Shown here: in pieces, positions 47,875 through 56,848 of the stretch | How positions within the stretch are numbered: position 1 is the stretch's first letter | Layout of the letters: every line of letters begins with the position of its first letter | Source of the DNA: a virus | Length of the DNA stretch: 64,000 nucleotides | Strand: one strand, 5' to 3' | Virus record (IMG/VR): IMGVR_UViG_3300031537_000001 | Location: 29,293 to 93,292 of that record | Notes under the pieces: generated by a model | Told to the model about the DNA's origin: nothing | What the model saw: the letters and a program-made list of their open reading frames with translations, nothing else | Database searches by the model: none | Position numbers and translations under genes: made by a program

Positions 47875-49083
47875 ATGGGAAAAAATATAGAAGCCGAAGG
47901 TGGGGAACTAACTCTTCGAAATCAGAATAGGGATATAATTATTGTCCCTAAACATGATAGGGAAAAAATTCTTAAAATGTTAAAGAATAAAGACCATGAA
48001 GGTATAGATGAATATGCATCTTCTTTACCTTATATGGAAGATTATGCTGATGATGGTAGTTTGTTATTAAATGATAATATTGGCCCTGAACCGGGACCAG
48101 GTGAAAAGGGTACTACTAAAAATAAAACTATTACTTCTAAGAAATCTGAAGGTTTATATACTAATAAAGAATATGAAGCTTTAAAAAATGATTACTATAC
48201 TAATTCAAAGTATACAAAATATAGTGCAAAAACTCCAGGAGCAGGTTGTGTAGGTTCAAGTTGTAAAAATTTTGATGTTCTTTACCCCGATAAGAAAGGT
48301 TTTTATGAAGATTATTCTAGTGTAGGATTATTCCAAAAAGAATATCCAAAAGTAGTTACGAGTAATAAAGGTGTGAGAAAACCCCAAGGAAGTTCGGTAG
48401 GTATAGATGCTTGGGAAGCAGAAGATTTTATAACCCATAATAAATTGGGAGAACCTATAGTTAGTGCGAATGATAAAGATTACTTAAAGAAACTTTATGG
48501 ACTTGATCCTAGAGATATTCCTATTGGTTCAATGTTAACTTTTGGAGATGCTGTGAAAGCTGGTTATGTAGAAAAAGGAGCTCCAAATTGGAGAGGTGTA
48601 AAAGATCAGCATATGACTCAACATGGAGGTGTTGCAATGGGTTATGTTGAAGATGAAGATGAAGAGGGAAATCAAGTGTATAATTTAATGGTAGATGAAC
48701 TTGGTTTAAAAACAATAGGACAAGGTAAAACAGCTACTATGAGTTGGCCTTCTTATGTAAGTAGTAGGGATATGAGAGGAATTGTTAAAAGATACAGTTC
48801 ACCAACTAACTATTGGGATTTATCCGGAAAAGAAAAAAAGAAAATTTTTACTAGACCTAAAACTGTAGATGTATTAAAAGATATAGAAAGATATAAAAAA
48901 GAAATGTTAGAATCTATAAAATGGAATGAGGAAAATGAAATGCCTGGTTATCCCAAAGGTAGTTATGCAAAAGCACAAAAGGAAGGTATAAAAATACCAA
49001 AAGAATTACTATATAAATTTGGACAATCTACTGGTTTAGCTCCTGGAAATCCAAAAATTGTCGAAGTAGAAAAAAAGAAATAA
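47875..49083 (+). CDS. putative virion NlpC/P60 (CHAP-like) peptidoglycan hydrolase with N-terminal cargo module
   Basis: N-terminal IEAEGGE...YADDG; GCVG (C125), DAW, IPIGSMLTF, HGGV (H250). Confidence 0.55.
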   Translation: MGKNIEAEGGELTLRNQNRDIIIVPKHDREKILKMLKNKDHEGIDEYASSLPYMEDYADDGSLLLNDNIGPEPGPGEKGTTKNKTITSKKSEGLYTNKEYEALKNDYYTNSKYTKYSAKTPGAGCVGSSCKNFDVLYPDKKGFYEDYSSVGLFQKEYPKVVTSNKGVRKPQGSSVGIDAWEAEDFITHNKLGEPIVSANDKDYLKKLYGLDPRDIPIGSMLTFGDAVKAGYVEKGAPNWRGVKDQHMTQHGGVAMGYVEDEDEEGNQVYNLMVDELGLKTIGQGKTATMSWPSYVSSRDMRGIVKRYSSPTNYWDLSGKEKKKIFTRPKTVDVLKDIERYKKEMLESIKWNEENEMPGYPKGSYAKAQKEGIKIPKELLYKFGQSTGLAPGNPKIVEVEKKK

Positions 49084-49113
49084 ATTACTGTATTAATTAA
49101 TAATAATAATAAT

Positions 49114-49725
49114 ATGAAAAATTCAATTTTAATTTTAGTCTTCATTGTAATAACAGCATTTTCTTGTATTTCTGTAATGGATGAACAAGCATTATCTGAA
49201 TTAAATGAAGAGATCTCATTGAGAGATGCACTGCCATCTAATATAAGACTGCAATATCCTGTGGATATGTCTAAATATTATGATGCTAATCCATATGGAA
49301 ACATAACTAAATATGGAATTCATCTAGGTTCTGATTTAAATAAATATGGACCAGTAAACTGTGATTTAGGAGATACTATTTATTGTATCGGATCTGGTAT
49401 GGTTATCGAATGTTCTGATCCTTTAATAGTTATACTACATAGAATAGAAACTGATTCTATGAACTATATTATATCTAGTTACTATCATTGTGATACTATA
49501 TTTGTAACTCCAAATGATTATGTATCTAAGGGACAACCAATAGCTTTAATAGGAAAAAAATGGGCTTATACAGCACATCTTCATTTTGAAATCCTTACAG
49601 ATACAACTCAAAGACGAGAATTCTATTTTGATAAAGATAGTAGAGTTGATGATTATAGAAAATTATCTTGTATAGATCCTATGAAATTTATCAAAGAATA
49701 TAAACCTAATAAAAGAAAAAACTAA
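49114..49725 (+). CDS. M23 family peptidase, predicted lipoprotein
   Basis: Signal peptide ending in AFSC (Cys18); HLGSD (HxxxD), YYH, HLHFE. Confidence 0.85.
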   Translation: MKNSILILVFIVITAFSCISVMDEQALSELNEEISLRDALPSNIRLQYPVDMSKYYDANPYGNITKYGIHLGSDLNKYGPVNCDLGDTIYCIGSGMVIECSDPLIVILHRIETDSMNYIISSYYHCDTIFVTPNDYVSKGQPIALIGKKWAYTAHLHFEILTDTTQRREFYFDKDSRVDDYRKLSCIDPMKFIKEYKPNKRKN

Positions 49726-52389
49726 ATGATTTGTTTAGATCTAAATAACTCAAAAGTAACTGAATCTCTGAGTAAACTTACCAGAGTTTTTAAGAATGAG
49801 AATATTGCATATGTTTTACTGGCTAAAAATAATTCATTTAGTCTTGAGAATAATTTACAAGGTAATCCTTCTGAATTATTTAATGGTTTAAAGCATCTCT
49901 ACGGAAATGCTACAAAAGCTTTGAAAACAAAAGCTATTATTTATACAAATGAATTTTTAGCAACTAATGAATGGTTTGAAAAAGGAGAACCATCAGTTAC
50001 AGAGGTATTAGAGTTTCTTGATAAACAACGGAATAATTATAATACAGAACCGGTCTTTAATGACCGGTCTGTTATTTTCATTGGGAATAATAAAAGTACT
50101 GGTACAAAGACTTTAACAAAACAAAATATTTTTAGTGTAATACCTGTTCAAGCAGTTGATAAAAAAGCTATTACTAAAGCAAGTATAGCTAATAAATTTA
50201 TTGGTTTTGGTGAAGGGATTGAAAATTCTTCTACAGAACTGTATAGAAAACAAATTGGAAAATATGCTAATACAGGAAACTACAATAACAACGATACTGT
50301 ATTTGTTTCGATTGGAGGTAAAAGAGGTTCTGAGACTTTAAGAAATGAGCAACAAAATAAAACTATTCAAGAAGCTTTAAAAGCTATTGAATCTGGGGCT
50401 ACTCTTATTACTGATAATAAAAGTTATATTGAATCTTCTACATATAATGAAGGAGAAAAAAAGCTTTACTCAATTTTAAAAAGCAAAGGTTATAGTTATT
50501 CTGAACAAACAGTAGATAATCAAGTCTTAGGAGTTTGGAATAAAACTAAATTCAATTTAACTTCTATGTATTCAAATATTGATAATGCCTTATCAAAAGG
50601 TGTTAGAGCTTTTGTAATGTCTCCTATAGAAAAAGCTACTGAACAGGAATTAAATATTTCTGAGTATCTTTTATCAAAGGGTTTTGAGTATGTAGAAAAA
50701 AACGATACCGGATTTTATGTAAAAGAAATTTCAAAAGTAGATGCTATAATTGCAGATGAGGTATCTGATAATCTAATAACTCTAAACAATGTAACAATTG
50801 ATTTACGAAAACTTGGATTTGATTTCTCGTTAACAATACAACAAAAGGAATTCTTAAATAAGTTTGCTTCCTGGTTAGATGGTTCTGATTCAACCATGGA
50901 TAAAAAACATTTCTTATTAAATGGATATGCCGGAACTGGTAAAAGTACAGTAATAAAAGTCGCGATAGAATATGCAAAAACAATAGGTAAAAAACTTGTT
51001 TTAACAGCTACTACTGCTACTGCTGCCGATGTTCAAAAAAGTATTTATGGTGATGAAATAACTACCAGTACTTTACATTCCGCTTTAGGTTTAAGACTCG
51101 ATGGATTTGAAAACCAATTTGGAGATAAGGAACAGTATGATAACTTTGGAGGCATTATTAAATCAGGTGATATACTTGTGATAGATGAAGCTTCTATGCT
51201 TAACAATACATTGTATTCAAAGGTTTTACAAGAAGGGGTTAAAGTTCTGTTTATAGCTGATTCAGGTCAATTTAAACCAGTAGGAATGACAGCTCTTTCT
51301 AAAGTCTTTAATACTTCAGATAAGGTTGTTCAAAACCTAACTAAAGTTGTTAGACAAAACGAAAACAATCTTCTTAATTCTACTCTTACTTTACTTAGGA
51401 CTGATCAGGAAACTACAGTTGATCCTTTAAAAGATAAACGAGTAACTAAAATCAATCAAGAAACTCAGGAAGGTATAGAATATAATATAGGAGAAAAGCA
51501 TTTTTTAGAATCTATTACTAAGTTTTTTAAATCCAATAACTATAAAAAGGTCCCGGGATTTGCTAAGATTCTTACATACTTTAAAAACAGTGTAACTTCT
51601 TATAATAAAACAGTTAGAAATATTTTAGGTTATAAATCTGAGATTGAAGTAGGTGAAGTATTAACCGGTTATAAAAATGTACATTTTAGTAAAACTTCAA
51701 TGTTTAAAAATGGTTCTGATTATGTTGTTACAGGTTCTAATACAAAAAATGTAACAGTAGAAAACCCATTTGATGAATCTATGTCTGTAGAATTTCCTGC
51801 AAATATCGTTGATATTAAAAATACATTGACTAGAGAAACTTTTACTGTTACTATAATGAGTAGATCAGTATCTCAAAAGACAAAAACTGATTTAGCTTTA
51901 ATGTATGAGTATATAAGAGAAAAGATTTATAGTTTTCCAGCAGGAAAATCTCGACAGAATGCAAAAGAACTATTTTATCGTTTTGATAATTCTTTTATGA
52001 CTTTAGATGATTTAGAATCTACTACTTTAAAAGATAAATATGGTAAACCATTAGTAGTTAAAGACAAGACTATAGATTATGGTTATGCTATAACTTTTCA
52101 TAAGTCTCAAGGAAGTACTTATCAATATGCATTAGTTGATGAAACAGGAATTGATTGGTTAATTTCAAAACATAAAGATATTCTTGCTGCAAATCAATCA
52201 AGGTATGTAGCTTTTTCACGAGCAGCGAAAGGTATAGTAGTACGTTCAAGTAAACAGATTTCTACTGATTCAGAATTCGAAATACAAGATGTTGATAAAT
52301 CTGTTGACAATATATCTATTAATGCCGAAAACATAATATCTTTAGATGCTTTAGTCAAAGATGGAATAGCAAATAAAACTTGTAAATAA
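49726..52389 (+). CDS. cargo protein with RecD/Dda-like SF1B helicase and N-terminal SLOG-like domain
   Basis: GYAGTGKS, DEASM, DSGQF, VVRQ, YAITFHKSQGSTY, YVAFSRA; Cys only at residues 3 and 886. Confidence 0.85.
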   Translation: MICLDLNNSKVTESLSKLTRVFKNENIAYVLLAKNNSFSLENNLQGNPSELFNGLKHLYGNATKALKTKAIIYTNEFLATNEWFEKGEPSVTEVLEFLDKQRNNYNTEPVFNDRSVIFIGNNKSTGTKTLTKQNIFSVIPVQAVDKKAITKASIANKFIGFGEGIENSSTELYRKQIGKYANTGNYNNNDTVFVSIGGKRGSETLRNEQQNKTIQEALKAIESGATLITDNKSYIESSTYNEGEKKLYSILKSKGYSYSEQTVDNQVLGVWNKTKFNLTSMYSNIDNALSKGVRAFVMSPIEKATEQELNISEYLLSKGFEYVEKNDTGFYVKEISKVDAIIADEVSDNLITLNNVTIDLRKLGFDFSLTIQQKEFLNKFASWLDGSDSTMDKKHFLLNGYAGTGKSTVIKVAIEYAKTIGKKLVLTATTATAADVQKSIYGDEITTSTLHSALGLRLDGFENQFGDKEQYDNFGGIIKSGDILVIDEASMLNNTLYSKVLQEGVKVLFIADSGQFKPVGMTALSKVFNTSDKVVQNLTKVVRQNENNLLNSTLTLLRTDQETTVDPLKDKRVTKINQETQEGIEYNIGEKHFLESITKFFKSNNYKKVPGFAKILTYFKNSVTSYNKTVRNILGYKSEIEVGEVLTGYKNVHFSKTSMFKNGSDYVVTGSNTKNVTVENPFDESMSVEFPANIVDIKNTLTRETFTVTIMSRSVSQKTKTDLALMYEYIREKIYSFPAGKSRQNAKELFYRFDNSFMTLDDLESTTLKDKYGKPLVVKDKTIDYGYAITFHKSQGSTYQYALVDETGIDWLISKHKDILAANQSRYVAFSRAAKGIVVRSSKQISTDSEFEIQDVDKSVDNISINAENIISLDALVKDGIANKTCK

Positions 52390-52390
52390 T

Positions 52391-55300
52391 ATGGATTGTA
52401 CTTATGATATATCTGGAGATAGCCTGCAAGGTCAGGCTATTAACTTCTTACAAAAAGAAGGAATTAAAAATGTTGCTAAAGTATTTGATGAAAGTTCTTA
52501 CACACTGAGTAATAAGGCTAAGTTTAAAAACTCAGCCTCTTTACTTAATATGCTTCAAAATACCTCGGAACTATTTAAGAAACATGGATTATTTATTCAT
52601 AAAGGTAATCCTAAAATTATGCAACGTAATATTGAGTTTTTTGAAAACTTATATACTACTGAAAGATTAGTATCCGGGATTAATACTAAAGCACAAGAAG
52701 CCGGATTAAAACATAATGTGATAAGTAGTAAGAAATTTCAAGGTAACTACTATTTACTTATGCACGGAGATTCTTTTATAAATGATAAATCAGTTGAATG
52801 GCATAATAAACAAAAACAAAAAACTCTACAGGAAAATATCGATTACATTAAGAGAGTAAATAAATATATGTCTGATAGAATTGGACAAGACGTTATATCC
52901 GTTACTAAAACTACAAATGGCTACAGAGTTAATATTAATGAAGATTCTTTATTAAAATATAATGAATTGAGTTATAGAAATTATTTAAACTCTATGACTA
53001 CTCTTTTTGATAACAATGATTCCTATACTGAAGAACATGATTTATTAATCAATCCTATTATACAGGATTTATACAAAGATAGATCATCATTTTCCAGAGA
53101 AAAATATTTACTTGAAGCCAAGGGTGGCAAGAAATCTGATATAAACATATTAGATAATAAAATCAATAAAATAGAAACTACTATAGAAACTTTAAAAAAG
53201 AGTGAAGCTCTTGATGATATATTCCGAGAAGCATTTGATAATTTTTCAGACATCGATATTATTTTAAGTAAAGATAAAATTAGTAACAGAGAATTCATCT
53301 ATTCTAAAAAGAAACTTGAGATGTGGCAAAATTCGGGAGACTTTTCTAAAGGAACTCATGCATTCCTGGATACAGATGAACTTGGGATAGAGGAGTATAC
53401 TGAGAAGTTTGGAGAAATAAGAAATGAGGCTGAGAAAAGATTATCTAAATTATTAAAACTTGGTGAGTCCTTACTAGAATCAACTGTTAACAATAAACTG
53501 AATTGGAATTCAAGACTTGGATTCAATCAAATTACTAAGTTGGTTAACAAGATTAATGTAGTAGGTAAAAAAGTTTTATCTCTCAATAGAGTAGGAAACG
53601 CTCTTGCTCAGTTTATTCATAAAATAGTCAATGAAGCAAATAATAAGGCTTTTATTGAATCAAAAATCAAATCAAGAAGTTTAGCCAATTTATATAGTAA
53701 TGTAAAAAATTCTGGATTTGATCTTAATCTGTTTTATCAAAAGGATGAAGATGGAACCAGAACAGGAGATCTAACTACCAGATTTTCAAGTAAATATTCT
53801 CGTTATAAAAATAATATTAAGAAAAATACTAAAAGGATAAAAGATAATATGATTTTATTAAATCCTGCTATACTATTCGGAGAAGAAGAGGCTGAGAAAG
53901 ATGCATTAGTAAATTTATTAACTGAACATCTTGGAGAACAGGAAACTAACCGATACATAGAAAAAGCTAGAATCAAATTTGATGAGTATAAAGAAATAAG
54001 AAACGAGTATGTTAAAGTAGAATTTGAAACTATAGATCTATCTCTGGAACAAGAATTACAATTACAAGAATGGGAACAAGAAAACTCTCCTATCGCGTAC
54101 ATAAATTCATTAAATACTACAAAACAAAAAGATACTTCTCAGCTTTCTGGTAAAAGTACTTTTTTGATTATGGTCCCAAAAAGATTTAATGAGAAGGGAG
54201 AGGAGACAGGATTTTACGATAAAACTTTTGATTCAATTCTAGCTAGTAAACCAGCTTATGAATTTTATATCGAAGCCAAAGAAATATTAGAAAATGCAGC
54301 TATAGCATTTGGTAGTGTAGCATTTGATACTGAGTCCTTGGGATTTGTACAGAAATCTTTATTAGAAAAGTATAATGAAACTGGTATTATAGATTTTATT
54401 ACAGAAGATGTTTATAAATCATTAGTGAAAGATCTTATTTCAGAAGATAGCCATCCAGCTAAAACTAATTTATTAACCGGTAAAGTAGAACATAATATTA
54501 ATGTAAATGTGCAGTCTATTAAAACCAGGATACACTCAGAATATTCAAGAGCTATAAAAGCGTTAGGAGTAAAAGAAGAAGATTTAACTTCTGATCAAAA
54601 GTCTAAAGTATATAAAGAAGCTTCAGATAAAGTATTTCAAGAAAACTCTGAAAACTTATTTATGTCTTTAAATATGTTAAACCTGGCTGTTCTCAGTGCA
54701 AAACATAAACATAATGTAGAAGATGCTGTTAATCTTGCTATGACATATCTTCCTAATTCTACTGTTGAAATTGGGGATGATTATGTGGACTCAGCCGGAA
54801 ATCCTATTGCTGAAAAATATATAAATAATATGATGGAAATGGCTGAATACTTCTTGTCAATGAGTTATTATGATGAGGGTAAAGTAGATACTTCTGCTAC
54901 TCTATATAAGATCCAAACCAAGGAAGAGAAATTAAAAGTAAAAGAAATTGATAAATTATTATCTCAAACAGATTTAACTCCTGAAAATAGAGCCAAACTT
55001 GAAGAGGAAAAAAAGACTTTAGGTAAAAGAGTTACTATGAATGGAATGGCTAGAAGACTATTAGATATACTACGTCTAAAAGCTTTAGGATGGAATGTAC
55101 CAGCAGCTATTACCAATTATATGTACGGTAAATTGACAAACCTATATAAAGCTGCTGATGGAAGATTATTTAATATACAAGATTTAGCTAAAGCAGAAAA
55201 GATTATAATTAGTGAGAATAAGAAATTTAACCATGTTATAGAAAACTATGGAATTCTAGGAGATATTCTATTTGAATTTAAAGATACAAATAAATTTGAA

Positions 55301-56236
55301 GAAAAAGATAATTGGTTTATGAAATCAATAAAACAATTTAAACCTTATTCTTTACAAACTGGAACCGAAAAACATAACCAAGGATCTGTTATGGTTGCTA
55401 TGATGTTACATCAAAAAGTTAAGGATTCAGAAACCGGTGAAGAAAAAGATATATGGGATGCAATTCTTCCGGAAGGAATTCTTGAAGATAGATGGACTCT
55501 GGGAGAGTTTAAAGGAGAAGATGCTATTGTTGAAATGGTATCCAGGATTAAATCACAAGTAGAAGAAATACATGGTGATTATTCTAACCCTTTACTTATA
55601 AAATCCTCTGTATCGGGTCAAGCTCTAAGTATGTTCAAACTATGGTTCTTTGAAGCCTTTTACAATAGATTCGGTAGAGAACGCCCTGACTATATCAGAG
55701 GCATTTCAATCAAAGGACGTTATCGTACACTAACTTCATTACTAGCACAGTATAAAGGCAATATTTTTAAGGTTACATCTGATTATAAAAATGGTAAACT
55801 GTCTGAGGTAGATGCTGCTAATATGCGTGTAAATTTAGTAGAATTAACTACAATGATACTTGCAGTTACTTTAGCAGCATTATTAAAGGGTGCAATCTGT
55901 GATGATGATGATGATTGTAAAGGAGCTGGGCAGGCAGAATTATTTACGCTTAATATGATGAAACGCTTAACAGGTGAAATATCATTCTTTACTTCACCCG
56001 AAAATTGGTATAAGTTCATATCTAATCCTGTTGCAGCAGCAAATGTTTTAAATGATATGGTTAAAGCAACTGATATAGCTTACATACAATTATTTGGAGA
56101 AGATGAACAAATGGAATTTCAAGCTGGGTATAGAAAAGGTACACGGAAAGATTGGGCCTTAGTTAGAGATTGGATTCCTATGTATAATCAATTTAAAAGG
56201 CTACAACATTATAGTGGAGAGGTATTAAATTTATAG
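52391..56236 (+). CDS. giant virion cargo protein D (1281 aa) with C-terminal membrane-associated domain (LPD38-like)
   Basis: Helical protein; IHGDYS..GQALSMFKLW, TM-like LVELTTMILAVTLAALL followed by DDDDD. Confidence 0.7.
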   Translation: MDCTYDISGDSLQGQAINFLQKEGIKNVAKVFDESSYTLSNKAKFKNSASLLNMLQNTSELFKKHGLFIHKGNPKIMQRNIEFFENLYTTERLVSGINTKAQEAGLKHNVISSKKFQGNYYLLMHGDSFINDKSVEWHNKQKQKTLQENIDYIKRVNKYMSDRIGQDVISVTKTTNGYRVNINEDSLLKYNELSYRNYLNSMTTLFDNNDSYTEEHDLLINPIIQDLYKDRSSFSREKYLLEAKGGKKSDINILDNKINKIETTIETLKKSEALDDIFREAFDNFSDIDIILSKDKISNREFIYSKKKLEMWQNSGDFSKGTHAFLDTDELGIEEYTEKFGEIRNEAEKRLSKLLKLGESLLESTVNNKLNWNSRLGFNQITKLVNKINVVGKKVLSLNRVGNALAQFIHKIVNEANNKAFIESKIKSRSLANLYSNVKNSGFDLNLFYQKDEDGTRTGDLTTRFSSKYSRYKNNIKKNTKRIKDNMILLNPAILFGEEEAEKDALVNLLTEHLGEQETNRYIEKARIKFDEYKEIRNEYVKVEFETIDLSLEQELQLQEWEQENSPIAYINSLNTTKQKDTSQLSGKSTFLIMVPKRFNEKGEETGFYDKTFDSILASKPAYEFYIEAKEILENAAIAFGSVAFDTESLGFVQKSLLEKYNETGIIDFITEDVYKSLVKDLISEDSHPAKTNLLTGKVEHNINVNVQSIKTRIHSEYSRAIKALGVKEEDLTSDQKSKVYKEASDKVFQENSENLFMSLNMLNLAVLSAKHKHNVEDAVNLAMTYLPNSTVEIGDDYVDSAGNPIAEKYINNMMEMAEYFLSMSYYDEGKVDTSATLYKIQTKEEKLKVKEIDKLLSQTDLTPENRAKLEEEKKTLGKRVTMNGMARRLLDILRLKALGWNVPAAITNYMYGKLTNLYKAADGRLFNIQDLAKAEKIIISENKKFNHVIENYGILGDILFEFKDTNKFEEKDNWFMKSIKQFKPYSLQTGTEKHNQGSVMVAMMLHQKVKDSETGEEKDIWDAILPEGILEDRWTLGEFKGEDAIVEMVSRIKSQVEEIHGDYSNPLLIKSSVSGQALSMFKLWFFEAFYNRFGRERPDYIRGISIKGRYRTLTSLLAQYKGNIFKVTSDYKNGKLSEVDAANMRVNLVELTTMILAVTLAALLKGAICDDDDDCKGAGQAELFTLNMMKRLTGEISFFTSPENWYKFISNPVAAANVLNDMVKATDIAYIQLFGEDEQMEFQAGYRKGTRKDWALVRDWIPMYNQFKRLQHYSGEVLNL

Positions 56237-56437
56237 CAGGTCAAAGTAAGTAGATAAAGATTTATCTACTACTTGTACTTCTGTATTTTTACACTGTCCT
56301 AATAAATCATTATCTATAGCATACATAAGTTCTTTCCAGTTTCGAGGACTAACACTTCTATAAATCTTACCGAATAAATTAGTAGTTTTCCATTCTAATT
56401 TCTCTGGGTCTAATACTATAATAGGGCTATCAATCAT
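56231..56437 (-). CDS. hypothetical protein (68 aa)
   Basis: ATGA-coupled to the upstream - strand gene; converges on the cargo block with a 6-nt overlap. Confidence 0.55.
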   Translation of the reverse strand: MIDSPIIVLDPEKLEWKTTNLFGKIYRSVSPRNWKELMYAIDNDLLGQCKNTEVQVVDKSLSTYFDLL

Positions 56438-56844
56438 AGTTTAGGCATATAGACAATTACACATTCTGTACCCGGGTAGTATCTAATTCTATGCAGATTT
56501 GATTTAAATATTGCTAAACTTTGACCTTCTTTAAATAGTACATTTGATTCTATATTATAGATTTGTCCCTTTTTAACATAGATAAATTGGCTTTGATTTT
56601 GATGTAAATGCTCATCAAGTTCAATAAAATCAGTTACTATAACTTTTAAGATAGTTATGCCAATATCATATTGCTCTTGACTTGTTATATCCTTAATCTT
56701 TAATCCTTTTTCTAACTCAGTATAGTCTAAAGTAGATATATCTACTTTTCCTTTAGGGTTTAGTAAATAATTACGCATATCTTCAGTAAATCCCTTCACA
56801 TCTTGAATATTCCTCTCTATCTCTTCAACAACTACAGTATTCAT
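56434..56844 (-). CDS. cupin-fold protein
   Basis: EHLHQNQSQFIYVKKG (cupin motif 1) and GQSLAI...HRI (motif 2). Confidence 0.7.
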   Translation of the reverse strand: MNTVVVEEIERNIQDVKGFTEDMRNYLLNPKGKVDISTLDYTELEKGLKIKDITSQEQYDIGITILKVIVTDFIELDEHLHQNQSQFIYVKKGQIYNIESNVLFKEGQSLAIFKSNLHRIRYYPGTECVIVYMPKL

Positions 56845-56848
56845 AATT

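Noticed and set aside
49094-49113. (AAT)n microsatellite before the M23 gene
   Set aside because: Short and expected in AT-rich Bacteroidota-type leaders.
52381-52399. Readthrough fusing the helicase to protein D
   Set aside because: TAA, one spacer base, then ATG puts the genes in different frames; there is no slippery site.
24361-56236. TAG/TGA stop-codon reassignment, known in some crAss-like phages
   Set aside because: All long genes are intact in the standard code, and TAG (15250, 19633, 56236) and TGA end genes cleanly. The in-frame TAG at 23660 is better explained as a TGG-to-TAG lesion.
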